From NCBI RefSeq assembly GCF_009914755.1, contig NC_060926.1: a stretch of DNA of 64,000 bases; one strand, 5' to 3'. Positions within the stretch are counted from its first letter, which is position 1. Each line of letters starts with the position of its first letter. Below the pieces are notes generated by a model. It did not search any database and was not told the origin of the DNA. It saw nothing but the letters and a program-made list of their open reading frames with translations. A program made the translations under genes and the position numbers. Shown here piece after piece: positions 27,670-40,030 of the stretch. The stretch is from the human T2T-CHM13v2.0 reference genome, Homo sapiens.

Positions 27670-28415
27670 GATAAATCAGTTCTGATGTCTGAGTATCTGA
27701 TGGGGTTTCATGGATCACCCTCCTCAGGCAGGGTTCCCTTCTTCTCAGAAGTGTTCAATGCCGTTGTCCAAAGGAAGAAACAATGGTGACATTACAGGCA
27801 TCGGGGCAGCCTGGGATCCTTTTAGCTCTGGATATTAAAGCTGCTTCATGAATAATGAAAAATTATTATTCAGGCAGCTGCCTAACCACAGACTAACCCT
27901 GGGTGTTCCTGGGAAACTTCCTTGTTGATTTATCATAGACTTTGAGGGTTGAATACTTGCAAGCCCTCTCAAGAATAACAGGAATCATCATTCAGGGATG
28001 TGTGACCCCACTGATCCCCCAGTCTTTTCATGCAGTGAAAATAAGGCTAGAATGAACCTCAAGTTAAATTTTAAAGAAGAGGAAAACATCACAATAGGAG
28101 ATCCTTTATGCTCAGTGTGGACAAGAAAAGGGGGTTCTCATGGCTGATGATGACGCTGTGTTATTAGCAGCCTGTATACAGGACAAAGTAAGTTTTTTAA
28201 AAAAGTATCTGACAGAACTACCTCCATTCCTCTGTAGACTTCTCCTCCAGGCATTGACTGATGTCAGCAAAAAGCAGTCCAGAAAAATGCTAGAGAAATG
28301 CAGGGATCAGCTTGGAACATGTAATCCTGAAGATGACAATGCTTCTTCATTTTCCCCTGCACCCTCATTTCCACCATGACCCCACATTTTTAAGTGTGCA
28401 ATCTGTTTCACCCAC

Positions 28416-28459
28416 TTAAGATAGACCCATTAAGATAGACCCTCCCTTAAGATAGACCC
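28416..28459. repeat. Three near-tandem copies of a 13-mer
   Basis: ttaagatagaccc at 28416, 28430 and 28447. Confidence 0.9.
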
Positions 28460-28671
28460 ATTGTCTGAGGAAGAATAAGTCAGGACTCCTCCACTTTTAA
28501 ACAATCCCCAAAACTCAAGGCTTGGTACTTCTGAGGACTCCATCTGGGAGACTTCAAGATGGAAAGGAGTTCAGAATTCCCAGAAAAGCATGAAAAACAG
28601 GAAACAGGATCCCCTACGTCCTCTGAGCTGATACTTCACATCCATTACCCAAAACTCAGCAAAGAATTGGG

Positions 28672-30708
28672 CCTCTGGCCAGATCTTCCAATACTATGTT
28701 GAATAGGAATGGTGAGAGAGGGCATCCTTGTCTTGTGCCAGTTTTCAAAGGGAATGCTTCCAGATTTTGCCCATTCAGTATGATATTGACTGTGGGTTTG
28801 TCATAAACTGCTCTTATTATTTTGAAATACATTCCATCAGTATCTAGTTTATTGAGAGTTTTTAGCATGAAGGAATGTTGAATCTTGTCAAAGGCCTTTT
28901 CTGCATCTATTGAGATAATCATGTGGTTTTTGTCATTGGTTCTGTTTATGTGATGGATTACATTTTTTGATTTGTGTATGTTGAACCAGCCTTGCATCCC
29001 AGGGATGAAGCCGACTTGATCATGGTGAAAAAGGTTTTTGATGTGCTGCTGGATTCAGTTTGCCAGTATTTTGTTGAGGATTTTTGCATCAATGTTCATC
29101 AAGGATATTGACTTGAAATTTTCTTTTTTGTGTGTGTGTCTCTGCCAGATTTTGGTATCAGGATGACGCTGGACTTATAAAATGAGATAAGGAGGAGTCC
29201 CTCTATTTCTATTGTTTGGAATAGTTTCAGAAGGAATGGTACCAACTCCTCTTTGTACCTCTGGTAGAATTCAGCTGTGAATCCGTCTGGTCCTTGGCTT
29301 TTTTTGGTTGGTAGGCTATTATTTACTGCCTCAATTTCAGAACTTGTTATTGGTCTATTCAGGGATTCGATTTCATCCTGGTTTAGTCTTGGGAGGGTGT
29401 ATGTGTCCAGGAATTTATCCATTTCTTCTAGATTTTATAGTTTATTGGCGTAGAGGTGTTTATAGTATTCTCTGATGGTAGTTTGTATGTCTGTGGGATT
29501 GGTAGTGATAACCCCTTTATCATTTTTTATTGCGTCTATTTGATTCTTGTCTCTTTTCTTCTTTATTAGTTTGGCTAGCAATCTATCTATTTTGTTAATC
29601 TTTTCAAAAAACCAGCTCCTGGATTCATTGATTTTTTTGAAGGGTTTTTCCTGTCTCTATCTCCTTCAGTTCTGCTCTGATCTTAGTTATTTCTTGTCTT
29701 CTACTAGCTTTTGAATTTGCTCTTGCTTCTCTAGTTCTTTTAATTGTGATGTTAGAGTGTTGATTTTAGATCTTTCCTGCTTTCTCCTATGGTCATTTAG
29801 TTCTAAAATTTCCCTCTTAGCAATGCTTTATCTGTGTCCCAGAGATTCTAATATGTTGCATCTTTGTTCTCATTGGTTTCAAATAACTTATTTACTTCGG
29901 CCCTACTTTTATTATTTACCCAGTAGTCATTCAGGAGCAGGTTGTTCAGTTTCCATGTAGTTGTGTGGTTTTGAGTGAATTTCTTAATCCTGAGTTTTAA
30001 TTTGATTGCACTGTGATCTGAGAGACTGTTAGTTATGATTTCCGTTCTTTTGCATTTGCTGAGGAGTGTTTTACTTCTAATTATGTGGTCAATTTTGCAA
30101 TAAGTATGATGTGGTGCTGAAAAGAATGTATATTCTGTTGATTGGGGTGGAGAGTTCTGTAGATGTCTATTAGGTACACTTGGTCCAGAGCTGAGTTCAA
30201 GTCCTGAATATTGTTGTTGATTTTCTGTCTTATAGAGCTGTCTAATATTGACAGTGGGGGTGGGGTGTTAACGTCTCCCACTATTATTGTGTGGGAGTCT
30301 AAGTCTCTTTGTAAGTCTCTAAGAACTTGCTTTATGAATCTGGGTGCTCCTGTCTTGGGTGCATATATATTCAGGATAGTTAGCTCTTCTTGTTGCATTG
30401 ACCCATTTATGATTATGTAATGCCCTTGTTTATCTTTTTTCATCTTTGGTGGATTAAAGTCTGTTATGTCAGAGACTAGGATTGCAACCCCTGCTTTTTT
30501 TTACTTTCCATTTGCTTGGTAAATAATTCCTCCATCCCTTTATTTTGAGCCTGTGTGTGTCTTTGCATGTGAAATGGGTCTCCTGAATACAGCACACTGA
30601 TGGGTCTTGACTCTTTATCCAATTTGCCAGTCTGGGTCTTTTAATTGAGGCATTTAGCCCATTTACTTTTAAGTTTAATATTGTTATGTGTGAATTTGAT
30701 CCTGTCAT
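28672..30708 (-). pseudogene. L1 ORF2p (APE-type endonuclease and start of RT), disrupted and truncated
   Basis: MTGSNSHITIL..CCIQETH (EN), [33 protein letters not shown] and [10 protein letters not shown]; homology stops at [10 protein letters not shown], before the FADD motif. Confidence 0.93.
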
Positions 30709-30772
30709 TATGATGCTAAGCTGGTTATTTTGCTCCTTAGTTGATGCAGTTTCTTCATAGTGTCGATAGTCT

Positions 30773-31785
30773 TCACAATTTGGTATGTTTTTCCTAGTGG
30801 CTGGTACTGGTTGTTCCTTTCCATGTTTAGTGCTTCCTTCAGGAGCTCTTGTAAGGCAGGCCTGGTGGTGACAAAATCTCTCAGCATTTGCTTGTCTGTA
30901 AAGGATTTTATTTCTCCTTTGCTTATGAAGCTTAGTTTGGCTGGATCTGTAATTCTGGGTTGAAAATTATTTTCTTTAAGAATATTGGTTATTGGCCCCC
31001 ACTGTCTTCCAGCTTGTAGGGTTTCTGAAGAGAGATGTGCTCTTAGTTTGATGGACTTCCCTTTGTGGGTAACCCAACCTTTCTCTCTGGCTGCCTTTAA
31101 CATTGTTTCCTTCATTTCAACCTTGGTGAACCTAAAGATTATGTGTCTTGGGGTTGCTCTTCCATTTTGGTATTCTCTGTATTTCCTGCATTTGAATATT
31201 GGCCTGTCTTGCTAGGTTGGGGAAGTTCTCCTGGATAATATCATGAAGTGTGTTTTCCAACTTGGTTCTATTCTCCTGGTCACTTTCAGACTCACCAATC
31301 AAACATAGGTTTGGCCTTTTCACATAGTCCCATATTTCTCGGAGGCTTTGTTCGTTCTTTTTCATTCTTTTTTCTCTATTCTTGTCTTCACACTTTATTT
31401 CATTCAGTTGATCTTCTGTCTCTGATATCCTTTCTTCTGTTTGATCGATTCGGCTATTGATACTTGTGTATGCTTCACGAAGTTCTTGTGCTGTGTTTTT
31501 CAGCTCCATCAGGTCATTTATTTTCTTCTCTAAACTGGTTATTCTAGTTAGCAATTCCTGTAACCTTTTATCCAGGTTCTTAGCTTTCTTGCATTGGGTT
31601 AGAACATGCTCCTCTAGCTCAGAGGAGTTTGTTATTACCCACCTTCTGAAGCCTTACTTCTGTCAATTTATCAAACTCATTTTCATCCAGTTTTGTTCCC
31701 TTGCTGGTAAGGAGTTGTGATCCTTTGGAGAAGAGGCATTCTGGTTTTTGGAATTTTCAGGCTTTTTGTTCTGGTTTTTCCTCAT
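30773..31785 (-). pseudogene. L1 ORF1p, frameshifted
   Basis: ATG AGG AAA AAC CAG at 31785; peptides EIWDYVKRPNL, IIQENFPNLARQANIQ and FTDKQMLRDFVTTRPALQELLKEALNME lie in separate frames. Confidence 0.92.
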
Positions 31786-32382
31786 CTTCATGGATTTATC
31801 TACCTTTGGTCTTTGATGTTGGTGACCTTTGGATGAGGTTTCTGTGTGGATGTCCTTTTTGTTGATGTTGATGCTATTCCTTTCTGTTTGTTAGTTTTCC
31901 TTCTAACAGTCAGGCCTCTCTGTTGCAGGTCTGCTGGAGTTTGCTGGAGGTCCACTCCAGACCCTGTTTGTGTGGGTATCACCAGTGGAGGCTGCAGAAC
32001 AGCAAAGATTGCTGCCTGTTCCTTCCTCTGGAAGCTTTGTCCCAGAGGGGCACCTGCCAGATACCAGCCAGAGCTCTCCTGTATGAGGTGTCTGTTGACC
32101 CCTGCTCCGAGGTGTCTCCCAGTCAGGAGGCACGGGGTTCAGGGACCCACTTGAGGAAGCAGTCTGTCCCTTAGCAGAGCTCAAGCACTATGCTGGGTGA
32201 TCTGTTGCTCTCTTCAGAGCTGGCAGGCAGGAATGTTTAAGTCTGCTGAAGCTGCACCCATAGGTGCCCCTTCCCCCAGGTGCTCTGTCCCAGGGAGATG
32301 GGAGTTTTATCTATAAGCCCCTGACTGGGGCTGCTGCCTTTCTTTCAGAGATGCCCTGCCCAGAGAGAAGGAATCTAGAGAG

Positions 32383-32500
32383 CATCTCCTTTTTATAGAA
32401 GAAGGAATTCAAACACAGAGAGGCTAAGAGCTAGCATTTACATGTTTACACATGCTACATGGGAGAATTAAATCAGCATGAAGCCAGAACTGGGCTCCCA
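32383..32500 (-). mobile_element. MIR fragment abutting the L1 5' breakpoint
   Basis: catctcctttttatagaagaaggaattcaaacacagagaggctaag resembles the reverse MIR core. Confidence 0.5.
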
Positions 32501-32661
32501 TGTCTTATCAGATAGTCTTAGATTTTGATACAACGTTTTACTGAAAAGAGGACCTAAGATATTAATCTTTCTCCATCTGACAGAATTTAAGGGCCAGATA
32601 AGGTAACAGACATTCCTGGGGTCACACAGTACCTAACCAAGGGCAAAAATCTGCCCACAAA

Positions 32662-32840
32662 CTTCCCTGCCCAATGGGTTAGTCACTGGCTATATGTGGC
32701 TATCTAAATTTAAATTAATTAAAAGTAAATGAAGTTAAAAATTCATTTCCTCAAGTTGCACTAGCCACATTCTATGTGTTCAATAATCCACATGTATTTA
32801 ATGGCTACCATAAGGGATGGGACAGATGATAGATTTCACT
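32662..32840 (+). mobile_element. MER3 (hAT-Charlie) DNA transposon
   Basis: atgtggctatctaaatttaaattaattaaaagtaaat..aaaattcatttcctca..gcactagccacatt matches MER3. Confidence 0.85.
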
Positions 32841-34323
32841 ACCTCTGTTTTGCTCTCCTCATGTGCTTATATTCCTGTCAGTAGCACAATATGCATGTGT
32901 TTCTCCACTAGGTATGACTGTGCTTTGGAACCAATGCTCTGCATTTATCCATTCATCCTTGTCTTCCTTACGTTATAGGCCCGACATGTCCTAGGCAACA
33001 TGGGGCTCTTTGAATAGCTTTGTGCTTAACTTAAAGAGCTAAGACCTTAGTTTCTGAAACAACAGCACAATTTAGAGTAAATATAATAAACCCTTAGATG
33101 TGTGTTGTTATGAAGAGTTTACAAAGGGCTTTCATATCTCTCATTTGAACTTAAGAATAACCACGAGATAGAATTGCACACATTTTATACATGAGAAAGC
33201 TGGAGTCCTGCAAGTTCAAATAACCAACTTGAATTCCCGTGTCAAGGCCTAGATTTGATCATTCATGTACGTGTGGACATATTGCAGGAATTCAAAGCAA
33301 GATATATTACCAGGGAGGAAAATTTTCTGATTTTCATGGTTGATGTCTAGTCTATACCTGGCCCAGGATGGGCAAAAATGAGTAAGTCATGAATGAAGCA
33401 TGGTCTCTGCCCACTCAGAGCTTATAATCCAATTGGGAAAGTAAGCCCCGTGTATCAGTAGATAAAGCATAAGTTAGCAAGTAGCAAATGTCATGGTATT
33501 GTGCAGTTTTGCTCTTTGTTGTAGGTTCATTAACACAAGGCCTACCACATAGTAGGCTCTCAATAAACATTTGCAAGCTAAGTTTTTTTGTACATACAGT
33601 CAATTCTTAGGTCCAGGCAAGGGAACAAGGAAATGCATATAACAATCCAAAACCCCCCAAATGTGACTCCACCTATTTATGTAGTTGGCAATTAAAATGT
33701 ATACTGACTTCTTTCATTGCTTGAGCTGTTTTTCTAATAGCAATTTTTATATAAACACAGCTTTACCTCAGGAAATTGGCTGGGGCACCAGATTGCCAAG
33801 AAAGGCTAAAACTATTGTGGGAAACAGCAAAAACAGTTTGCATTTAAAGTAAAAATAGGAATGGAGGAATGACAGGGGAGAACTAGTCACAGATAGCTTG
33901 CTGTTGGACCCAAAATGGAAGAGCCGTTTGGAAAATGTTTGCGAAGATAAGATTGCCACTTGATTTTAGGTATTTCTGTCACTTGACCTGATCGCTAGTG
34001 GAAGAAAAAACTGGTTTCTTTAAAATATATTGAAAGCTTCTTGAATGAATCTCAATATCCTAGAAAAATTTTTAATTGGGTATACACAAACTTCATCCTA
34101 CAAATAATAATGTCAGTGTTTCATTAGGATCAATTCTTGTTTTTCGAATTTTGAGAACTTAAGAATTTAGTAGGTCTATGTTTTATTCATCTTCGTCATC
34201 CCAGTAGAGAATGCATGAATTAGCAAGTAGATGAATTATATTTTGGAACATTTCTAATCTAATTCCAATCAGAGATAAAGATATAATTGTAAATGGTTTG
34301 GCACTATCTTTTTAAAACACAAG

Positions 34324-34474
34324 TTTTTTTTTTTTTTTTTTCTTTTCTTGCCCTGTTGCCCAGGCTGGAGTTCACTGGCTCAACACTGCAGCCTCGAACT
34401 CCTTGCCTCAAGAGATCTTCCCACTTTGGCCTCTTAAAGTGCTGGGATTACAGATGTAAGCACCATGTCCTGCC
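34324..34474 (-). mobile_element. Monomer-length Alu (left-arm head fused to right-arm tail; FRAM/AluJ-like)
   Basis: Reverse complement reads tgtaatcccagcactttaagaggccaaagtggg...gagttcgaggctgcagtg..actccagcctgggcaacag then poly(A); TSD aaacacaa(g/a)tt. Confidence 0.85.
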
Positions 34475-34744
34475 AAACACAAATTCATGGTTATGAGGGG
34501 AGAACTCTAGAAGAAGATACAACAGGCTGCAATCTCCTCAACCACTTGAGTGAAACTGGCCCCAAAGCTGAAAGAGTCTAAAACCTTGAAGTAGATGATG
34601 CTTAACTCTGATACTCACATGTTTCTTTCTCTTTCTCTTGTCTAGGTCACCTTACAAAGCAATTTATGCCTGATATCTTCACAGGAGCATCTACAATTTA
34701 AATTAGGGCAGAGACAGAGCCCTTTGGGGATAATTCTCTAGTAG

Positions 34745-35110
34745 CCTAATAGTGAATACTGCCATCTTCTCATATGTGAATTTCTACAACAGCCTCCTAA
34801 TAGGTCGCTCTGCCTCCAGGTCTTGTCCTCTGCAACTCATCTATCACATCTCTCTACACACTAGCTCTTCCTTGCTGATAGAGTAAAGTAGGCCTAGCAT
34901 CATCTGACATCAACCTGCTTCTAAAACCTAATTTCTAACTTCTCCACTCCAGACTATACTCTCAGCTCATTCCTTTATAATTATATTCATATTTAATGCT
35001 CTTTAAGGCTTTGACCATCTCCCCTTCCTAAAATTGCATCTCCTAGACCATGCATTGCCCTGGCATAAAGTAAAATGCGATACTTACTGAATGGATGGAT
35101 GGATGGACAG
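34745..35110 (+). mobile_element. L2 LINE fragment
   Basis: aacagcctcctaataggtc.ctctgcctcca..cttgtcctctgcaa and the tail cctggcataaagta..tactgaatggatggatgg. Confidence 0.6.
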
Positions 35111-35605
35111 ATAGATTTCATCCTTGCTTTTCTTCCAACCTTAACTCTTACAGAAAGCTTTTACTTTACTAACACATTTTATATTTATTTATCCTTGCTT
35201 TGAATCCTAGGCCACTTTTCTCTACCTATTATTTAGCACTCAGCATGTACTGACTTGTATTGTTAATTATTAATTAATTAATTAATTAATTCGATGACCA
35301 TTGTTACGTTTCTGTAACGTACCAGGTACTAGACTAGGCACTGGGGATAGAAACAAAGGAACTTCCTGTTTATTGTAAGGTGCTTTCAGTGCAGAGGGGA
35401 ACAGATAAGAAAATCACCAGTCACTGCTTTAAAAGATATACACAGAATGTTGTGTGAACTTGGGAAAATCAAGAGGAGAGGGATTCAATAAAATCTGGGG
35501 GGCTCAGGAAATACTCAGTCCCCAAGAGATGATAATGCTTGTTTCATGCATTTGAAATGTGTTTCATTTGTGTGTCTTCTTCTTTCCAAGTCTAACTGGA
35601 CAGGG

Positions 35606-35917
35606 TTTTTTTTTTTTTTTTTTTTTTTGAGACGGAGTCTCGCTCTGTCTTCCAGGCTGATGTGCAGTGGCGCGATCTCCGCTCACTGCAAGCTCTGCCT
35701 CCTGGGTTCAACGCCATTCTCCTGCCTCAGCCTCCCTAGTAGCTGGGACTACAGGCACCCACCACCACGCCCGGCTAATTTTTTGTATCTTTAGTAGAGA
35801 TGGGGTTTTACCATGTTACCATGTTACCAGGATGGTCTCGATCTCCTGACCCCGTGATCCGCCGGCCTCGGCCTCCCAAAGTGCTGGGATTACAGGCATG
35901 AGCCACCGCGCCCAGCC
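35606..35917 (-). mobile_element. Alu SINE, AluY-like, full length
   Basis: Y diagnostics gcaagctc, cgccattctcc and ggatggtctcgatctcctgac; long poly(T); TSD agggtttt; internal ttaccatg duplication. Confidence 0.97.
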
Positions 35918-37434
35918 AGGGTTTTGTTTTTTTATTTTTATTTTTTATTTGCTGAGAGCCTCACATCTAGTGATAATATTCATCCTTTAAATTTTTGAGT
36001 TGCTTTACCATGATTAAAGAGATTTTATACCCTTATCTTAATTAGTTATCAAAAAATCCATCTGATTTTTTGGGTATCAGGACAGGTAAAAGAGACCACA
36101 AGATCCAAGAGCAATATCCATCCAGTCTCATCTTCAGCATGCATTTAAAATGGAGGTTTTCTGATGCCTATAGAGTGCTCAATCCCACTGAGCAAGTTGA
36201 AGGGATGGGGCTATTTAGGGGAGATGGAGATCTTCTGATCTGCCTTTATTAATGGCTCCAAGCTGAATCAGCTCCACCTTACATGATAGCTGATCCAGCC
36301 CTTATTTTTGAAAGGGTAAGATTCATTCCCTACAGGGCAGGTAGAAATGACATTTGGAGAAGCCAGCTTTAAGAAACATCTGGAGGTGTGAGGCCAGATA
36401 AATGGTATAAGCAAGAGGCATTCTTTTTCAAATGCGTCATAAGAAAGTTATGACAGGAATATTCCAGCTGCAGCAGAGAACTGGAGTCTTCCCAAGGGTA
36501 AGGAAAGAGGAGACATTTATGCTGACAAATAGAGATCAGTATCAAAGACTCTCAAGTTTAAAAAGTTAAATTATGATGAGTTTCGGTGCGAGCTCTCATG
36601 CCAAAAGAACTTTTCCTTCTAAATGTCAGGTTACTCCTCCTTTACTTCTGCTAGTGGAGTTTTCCTTGTCTTCAGGAAAGTACTATATAAATACGGCAGA
36701 AATATGTTCCTGGGTCATAAGAGAAAGAAAAAAAAATCCCCTTCAAGTTGCAGCACAGTGCAAGTTTGTAATCCCAGAACTTTTCTCCAGCTCTCAGTAT
36801 CTAATCCGTGAAGCCACTTGGTGAAACTCAAAGATTACATGGTAACTCGACTAATAATTTAAGAGCTGCCAAAAGAAAAAAATATAGTCTCCCCTCCTCC
36901 TAAGGAAAGAGCCATGAGTCACAGGCCTAAAATCTCCAGCCTTTAGGCAGCAAATGTAGAAGCACTGAGAAGAAAATATCCAAACTCTTTCAAAACTGGA
37001 AGAAACCCAATGTATTGAAGGCACAAAGATTTGTAGCCATCACTCACCCATGTAAGGTCCCAGCACACTCATGAGTCTGAGATGGCCCAAACCAGGGTTA
37101 TCAATTTTCAGTGAGACAACTTTCTTGAACAGAGGGCCATGAAAATATCAATCTTCTCTGTTCATGTTGCTGTTGATTTGTTTTATCCAAGAGACCCTTA
37201 AAAACAAAGCTTTGGAAACTTAAGTGTGAGGCCTGTTTGTCTTAATAGCTTTATTTACTTTATTTACTTGCAAAGTTGGTTCTGGTCTTAGGTTGCAAAG
37301 TAATGAAACTGTGGCCAAGATATGTGCATGCATGTTACGATCGATGCATTGGTTAATTCACTGTAGTTTGTTACTGTTATGAAAAATACACCATGTTATC
37401 CCTGTATTGAAGAGGATGAATTAGAACACATTGT

Positions 37435-37670
37435 GGGATTAAGAGCATGGATTTTGAGGTTAGGCAGGTTTGGCCAATCTAATCACAAGTTCCATGACCT
37501 TAGACAAGTTTTTTAAACCTATCTAAGAATTGGTTTCTTCATCTGTAAAATGATGGTAACACAAGCTATGAGGTAGAATTACAAGACAGATTTAATGAGA
37601 TTATATATATATATAAAGCCCTTAGAAGGGTGGCAGGCATATATCACCAGCACTCAATAAAGAGTAGGTG
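37435..37670 (+). mobile_element. MIR SINE
   Basis: ttaagagcatggattttgag..tgaccttagacaagtt..tttcttcatctgtaaaatg..aaagcccttagaa..gcactcaataa. Confidence 0.8.
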
Positions 37671-37879
37671 TTATTTTTGCTGCTATAGCTATTGCTACCA
37701 TCATCTAACTACCATGAACTCTTATTGAATCCATACTCTCATCTAAGACACCAGACTCTTTTTATTCTTCCAGCGATAGTTTATTGGTACTTGTCAATGT
37801 TCTAAGCACATGAGGTGCTTTGATCATGGGAATTAAGAGTCCCAAGCTCTATGTGTGATCTCGAGGGTAGTGTATCCTT

Positions 37880-38520
37880 CTGGTTGAGCCAATTAACAAG
37901 AGGGATGGACATGTTGAAGTATGACTAGCAGAATTACTTCAGAATAGTAAAACTAAGTCATATATAGAACACTAAGAAAACTGAGGATATTCAGTAGAGA
38001 GAGAACTTGGGAGGAATATCATAGCCCCTTTCAGATATGTGAGGAGTTATAGTGTCAAACAGAGATTGAACTGGGTCAGAGTTTCTCAGTCGCAGTGGTA
38101 CTGACATGTTGGGTTAGATAATTCTTTGTTAAGGGGGTGTGGTGTTGTCCTGTGACTTATATGGTGTTTAACAGTGCCACTGGCCTCACTATACTCTATA
38201 TTTCAGTAGCATTTTTGGTAGCTGTAACAACCAAAAATGTCTCCAGACTTTACCAAATGTCTTCTGAGAGCCCAAAATCTGGGAGTCTTCTAGGAGCCAA
38301 TTCCTTTGTTTGAAAACCACTGGACTAGATTAATCTTATAGAACAGAGCAGAACTATGACTAGTTTATGGAAATGCCCACAAGGATGCTGTTGGTTGATC
38401 CCAAGGAGGACCTTATTACTACTATCCAGCAAGTTCCCACAACAGAACAGACACTTCAGAGGGCAGTGAGCTCCCGGTCACTGGAGGCATTCAATCACAG
38501 GCTGATAAGTTGCTGGGGTT
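37880..38520 (+). mobile_element. L3/CR1 LINE 3' region interrupted by MER20
   Basis: aaaactgaggatattcagtagagag..atcatagcccctttcagatatgtgagg before the MER20 and gtgagctcccggtcactggaggcattcaatcacaggctg after it match L3. Confidence 0.7.
38077..38322 (-). mobile_element. MER20 DNA transposon
   Basis: cagagtttctca..gataattctttgtt..acaaccaaaaatgtctccagac..ccaaatgtc..ttgaaaaccactg is reverse MER20. Confidence 0.88.
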
Positions 38521-39696
38521 TTCTTAAATAGAGTGTTCATTTGGGGAAGATGGTTGGTCTTCATTATTTCTATCTTTCTAATTCTCCCAAAGTCTACATT
38601 CTTTGTAAAATAAATTTCTGTCATTTCAGATGGTCTAGCCCATCCTTAACAAGCAGTTATAAGGAGAGGACTAACATCTAAAGAGGACACCAGAGGTCTG
38701 ATCTCAGATCCCCTTCTATTTGTGACTTGCTGTTTGTGAATTTCTAAACTTCACTGGGCATAAGGATCCCAGATTCTTTCTCTTATTCAAATCCAACATT
38801 TCATGGTTCTGGAATGTTGTTTCCTAACTGTAATGTCAAATCAGAAAAGTTCCCTGTCACTCCTTCTTCTTTATAGTTTATGGTTTAATTGACAATCTGG
38901 AGGAACTCTCATTGACTCAGATCTAGAGATTCTGTTGCTGAGGTGCTTAGATCTTAAAACCTGAAGGAGAAGAATGAGATAAAAACTCAAGGTTTTTGGC
39001 TGATACACAGGTAGATACTGCCTTTCACTAACAAATAAGGAACATGGTTGAGCCTCAAAACTATTTTCTGCAAAACCCTGATGCTGTGCCCTAGAAGATA
39101 ATCAATGTATAGTGATTGAATTTAACAAAATAAAGTATCCTTCCATGTAGTGGATTTCATGCCTTAAAAATTCAGCATTTACTGTATGTCTTCTAACACT
39201 GTTATGGTTTTCAAATATTTTAAGTTTGGGACACTTTTCATTTTCTATGTGAAGTCTCTAATAGGATTATAATATGTTATCACAGGTCTTGCTTGCCATA
39301 TAGCTCAATGACCAAGTCTTTCTAATATTAGGAGATAGTATCTACACACTTTCATGTAATGCTAGATGAATATGTCTATTGCAAAGGCAACAAACTGATT
39401 TTGAAAGAGGATAATATGTTCTGTAATTGTTAGATCCATGCTCACCTCTTCCTACCGAATTAACCATAACATCATCTGCCTAAAATGTATCCACATCTGT
39501 GGTTCAGAGATCTGCCTCATCTGATATCCTCCTTGAGGCTAATAAACAAATCAAAGATGGAACCAGTTCAAACACAAAGAGGCTACAGATAAAAAAGAGA
39601 GTATGGCAAGAGAAAGAAAATACTTGAACTTTTCAAGCAAGGATGCCACCCACTTTTAGATTTATAATAGATGGTCCAATAGCATTTTAAAGTGAC

Positions 39697-40030
39697 TGTA
39701 TCAGTTAGAATAGGCTAGGTTATAATGCAGTAACAACTCCCAAATTTCAGTCCCTTAACAATAAAAGGTTATTTCTTGTTCTTAGCCATCTTGGGTCTAC
39801 TTTAGTACTGCTCCGTGTTCTGTTTACTCCACAGCCCAGTTGACAGAGCAATTTCTCTTTGGGACATTGCTGGTCATTGAGCAGAGGGAAAAAGAAAGCC
39901 TGGAAACCACATACTGGTTCTCAAAGCTTCTGCATGTCAGCGACACATATTTCCTGCATATTTTACTGACTGCAGAAAGTCCTGTGGCCAAGCCCCACCA
40001 ATAGAGGAGAGAAATGTAATTCTCCTTCAT
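39697..40030 (-). mobile_element. MLT1 (J/K-like) MaLR LTR
   Basis: tgtatcagttagaataggctaggttataatgcagtaacaa..caaatttcagt..aaaaggttatttcttg matches an MLT1J-type terminus. Confidence 0.75.

Larger units (their letters stand above)
28672..32382 (-). mobile_element. LINE-1 (L1PA7-like) internal fragment: partial 5'UTR, ORF1, and ORF2 EN to early RT; both ends missing
   Basis: Continuous L1 homology; 5'UTR motifs cccagggagatgggagttttatctataagcccctgactgggg and gccctgcccagagag typical of L1PA7; ORF track shows ORF1p and ORF2p peptides. Confidence 0.95.

Noticed and set aside
28140-28379. ORF MADDDAVLLAACIQDK with an internal gtaagt donor-like site
   Set aside because: No homology recognised and no supporting promoter or downstream exon.
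28416-28459. Short repeats as a CRISPR-like array
   Set aside because: Eukaryotic context, 13-bp units with 1-4 bp gaps, no spacers and no cas genes.
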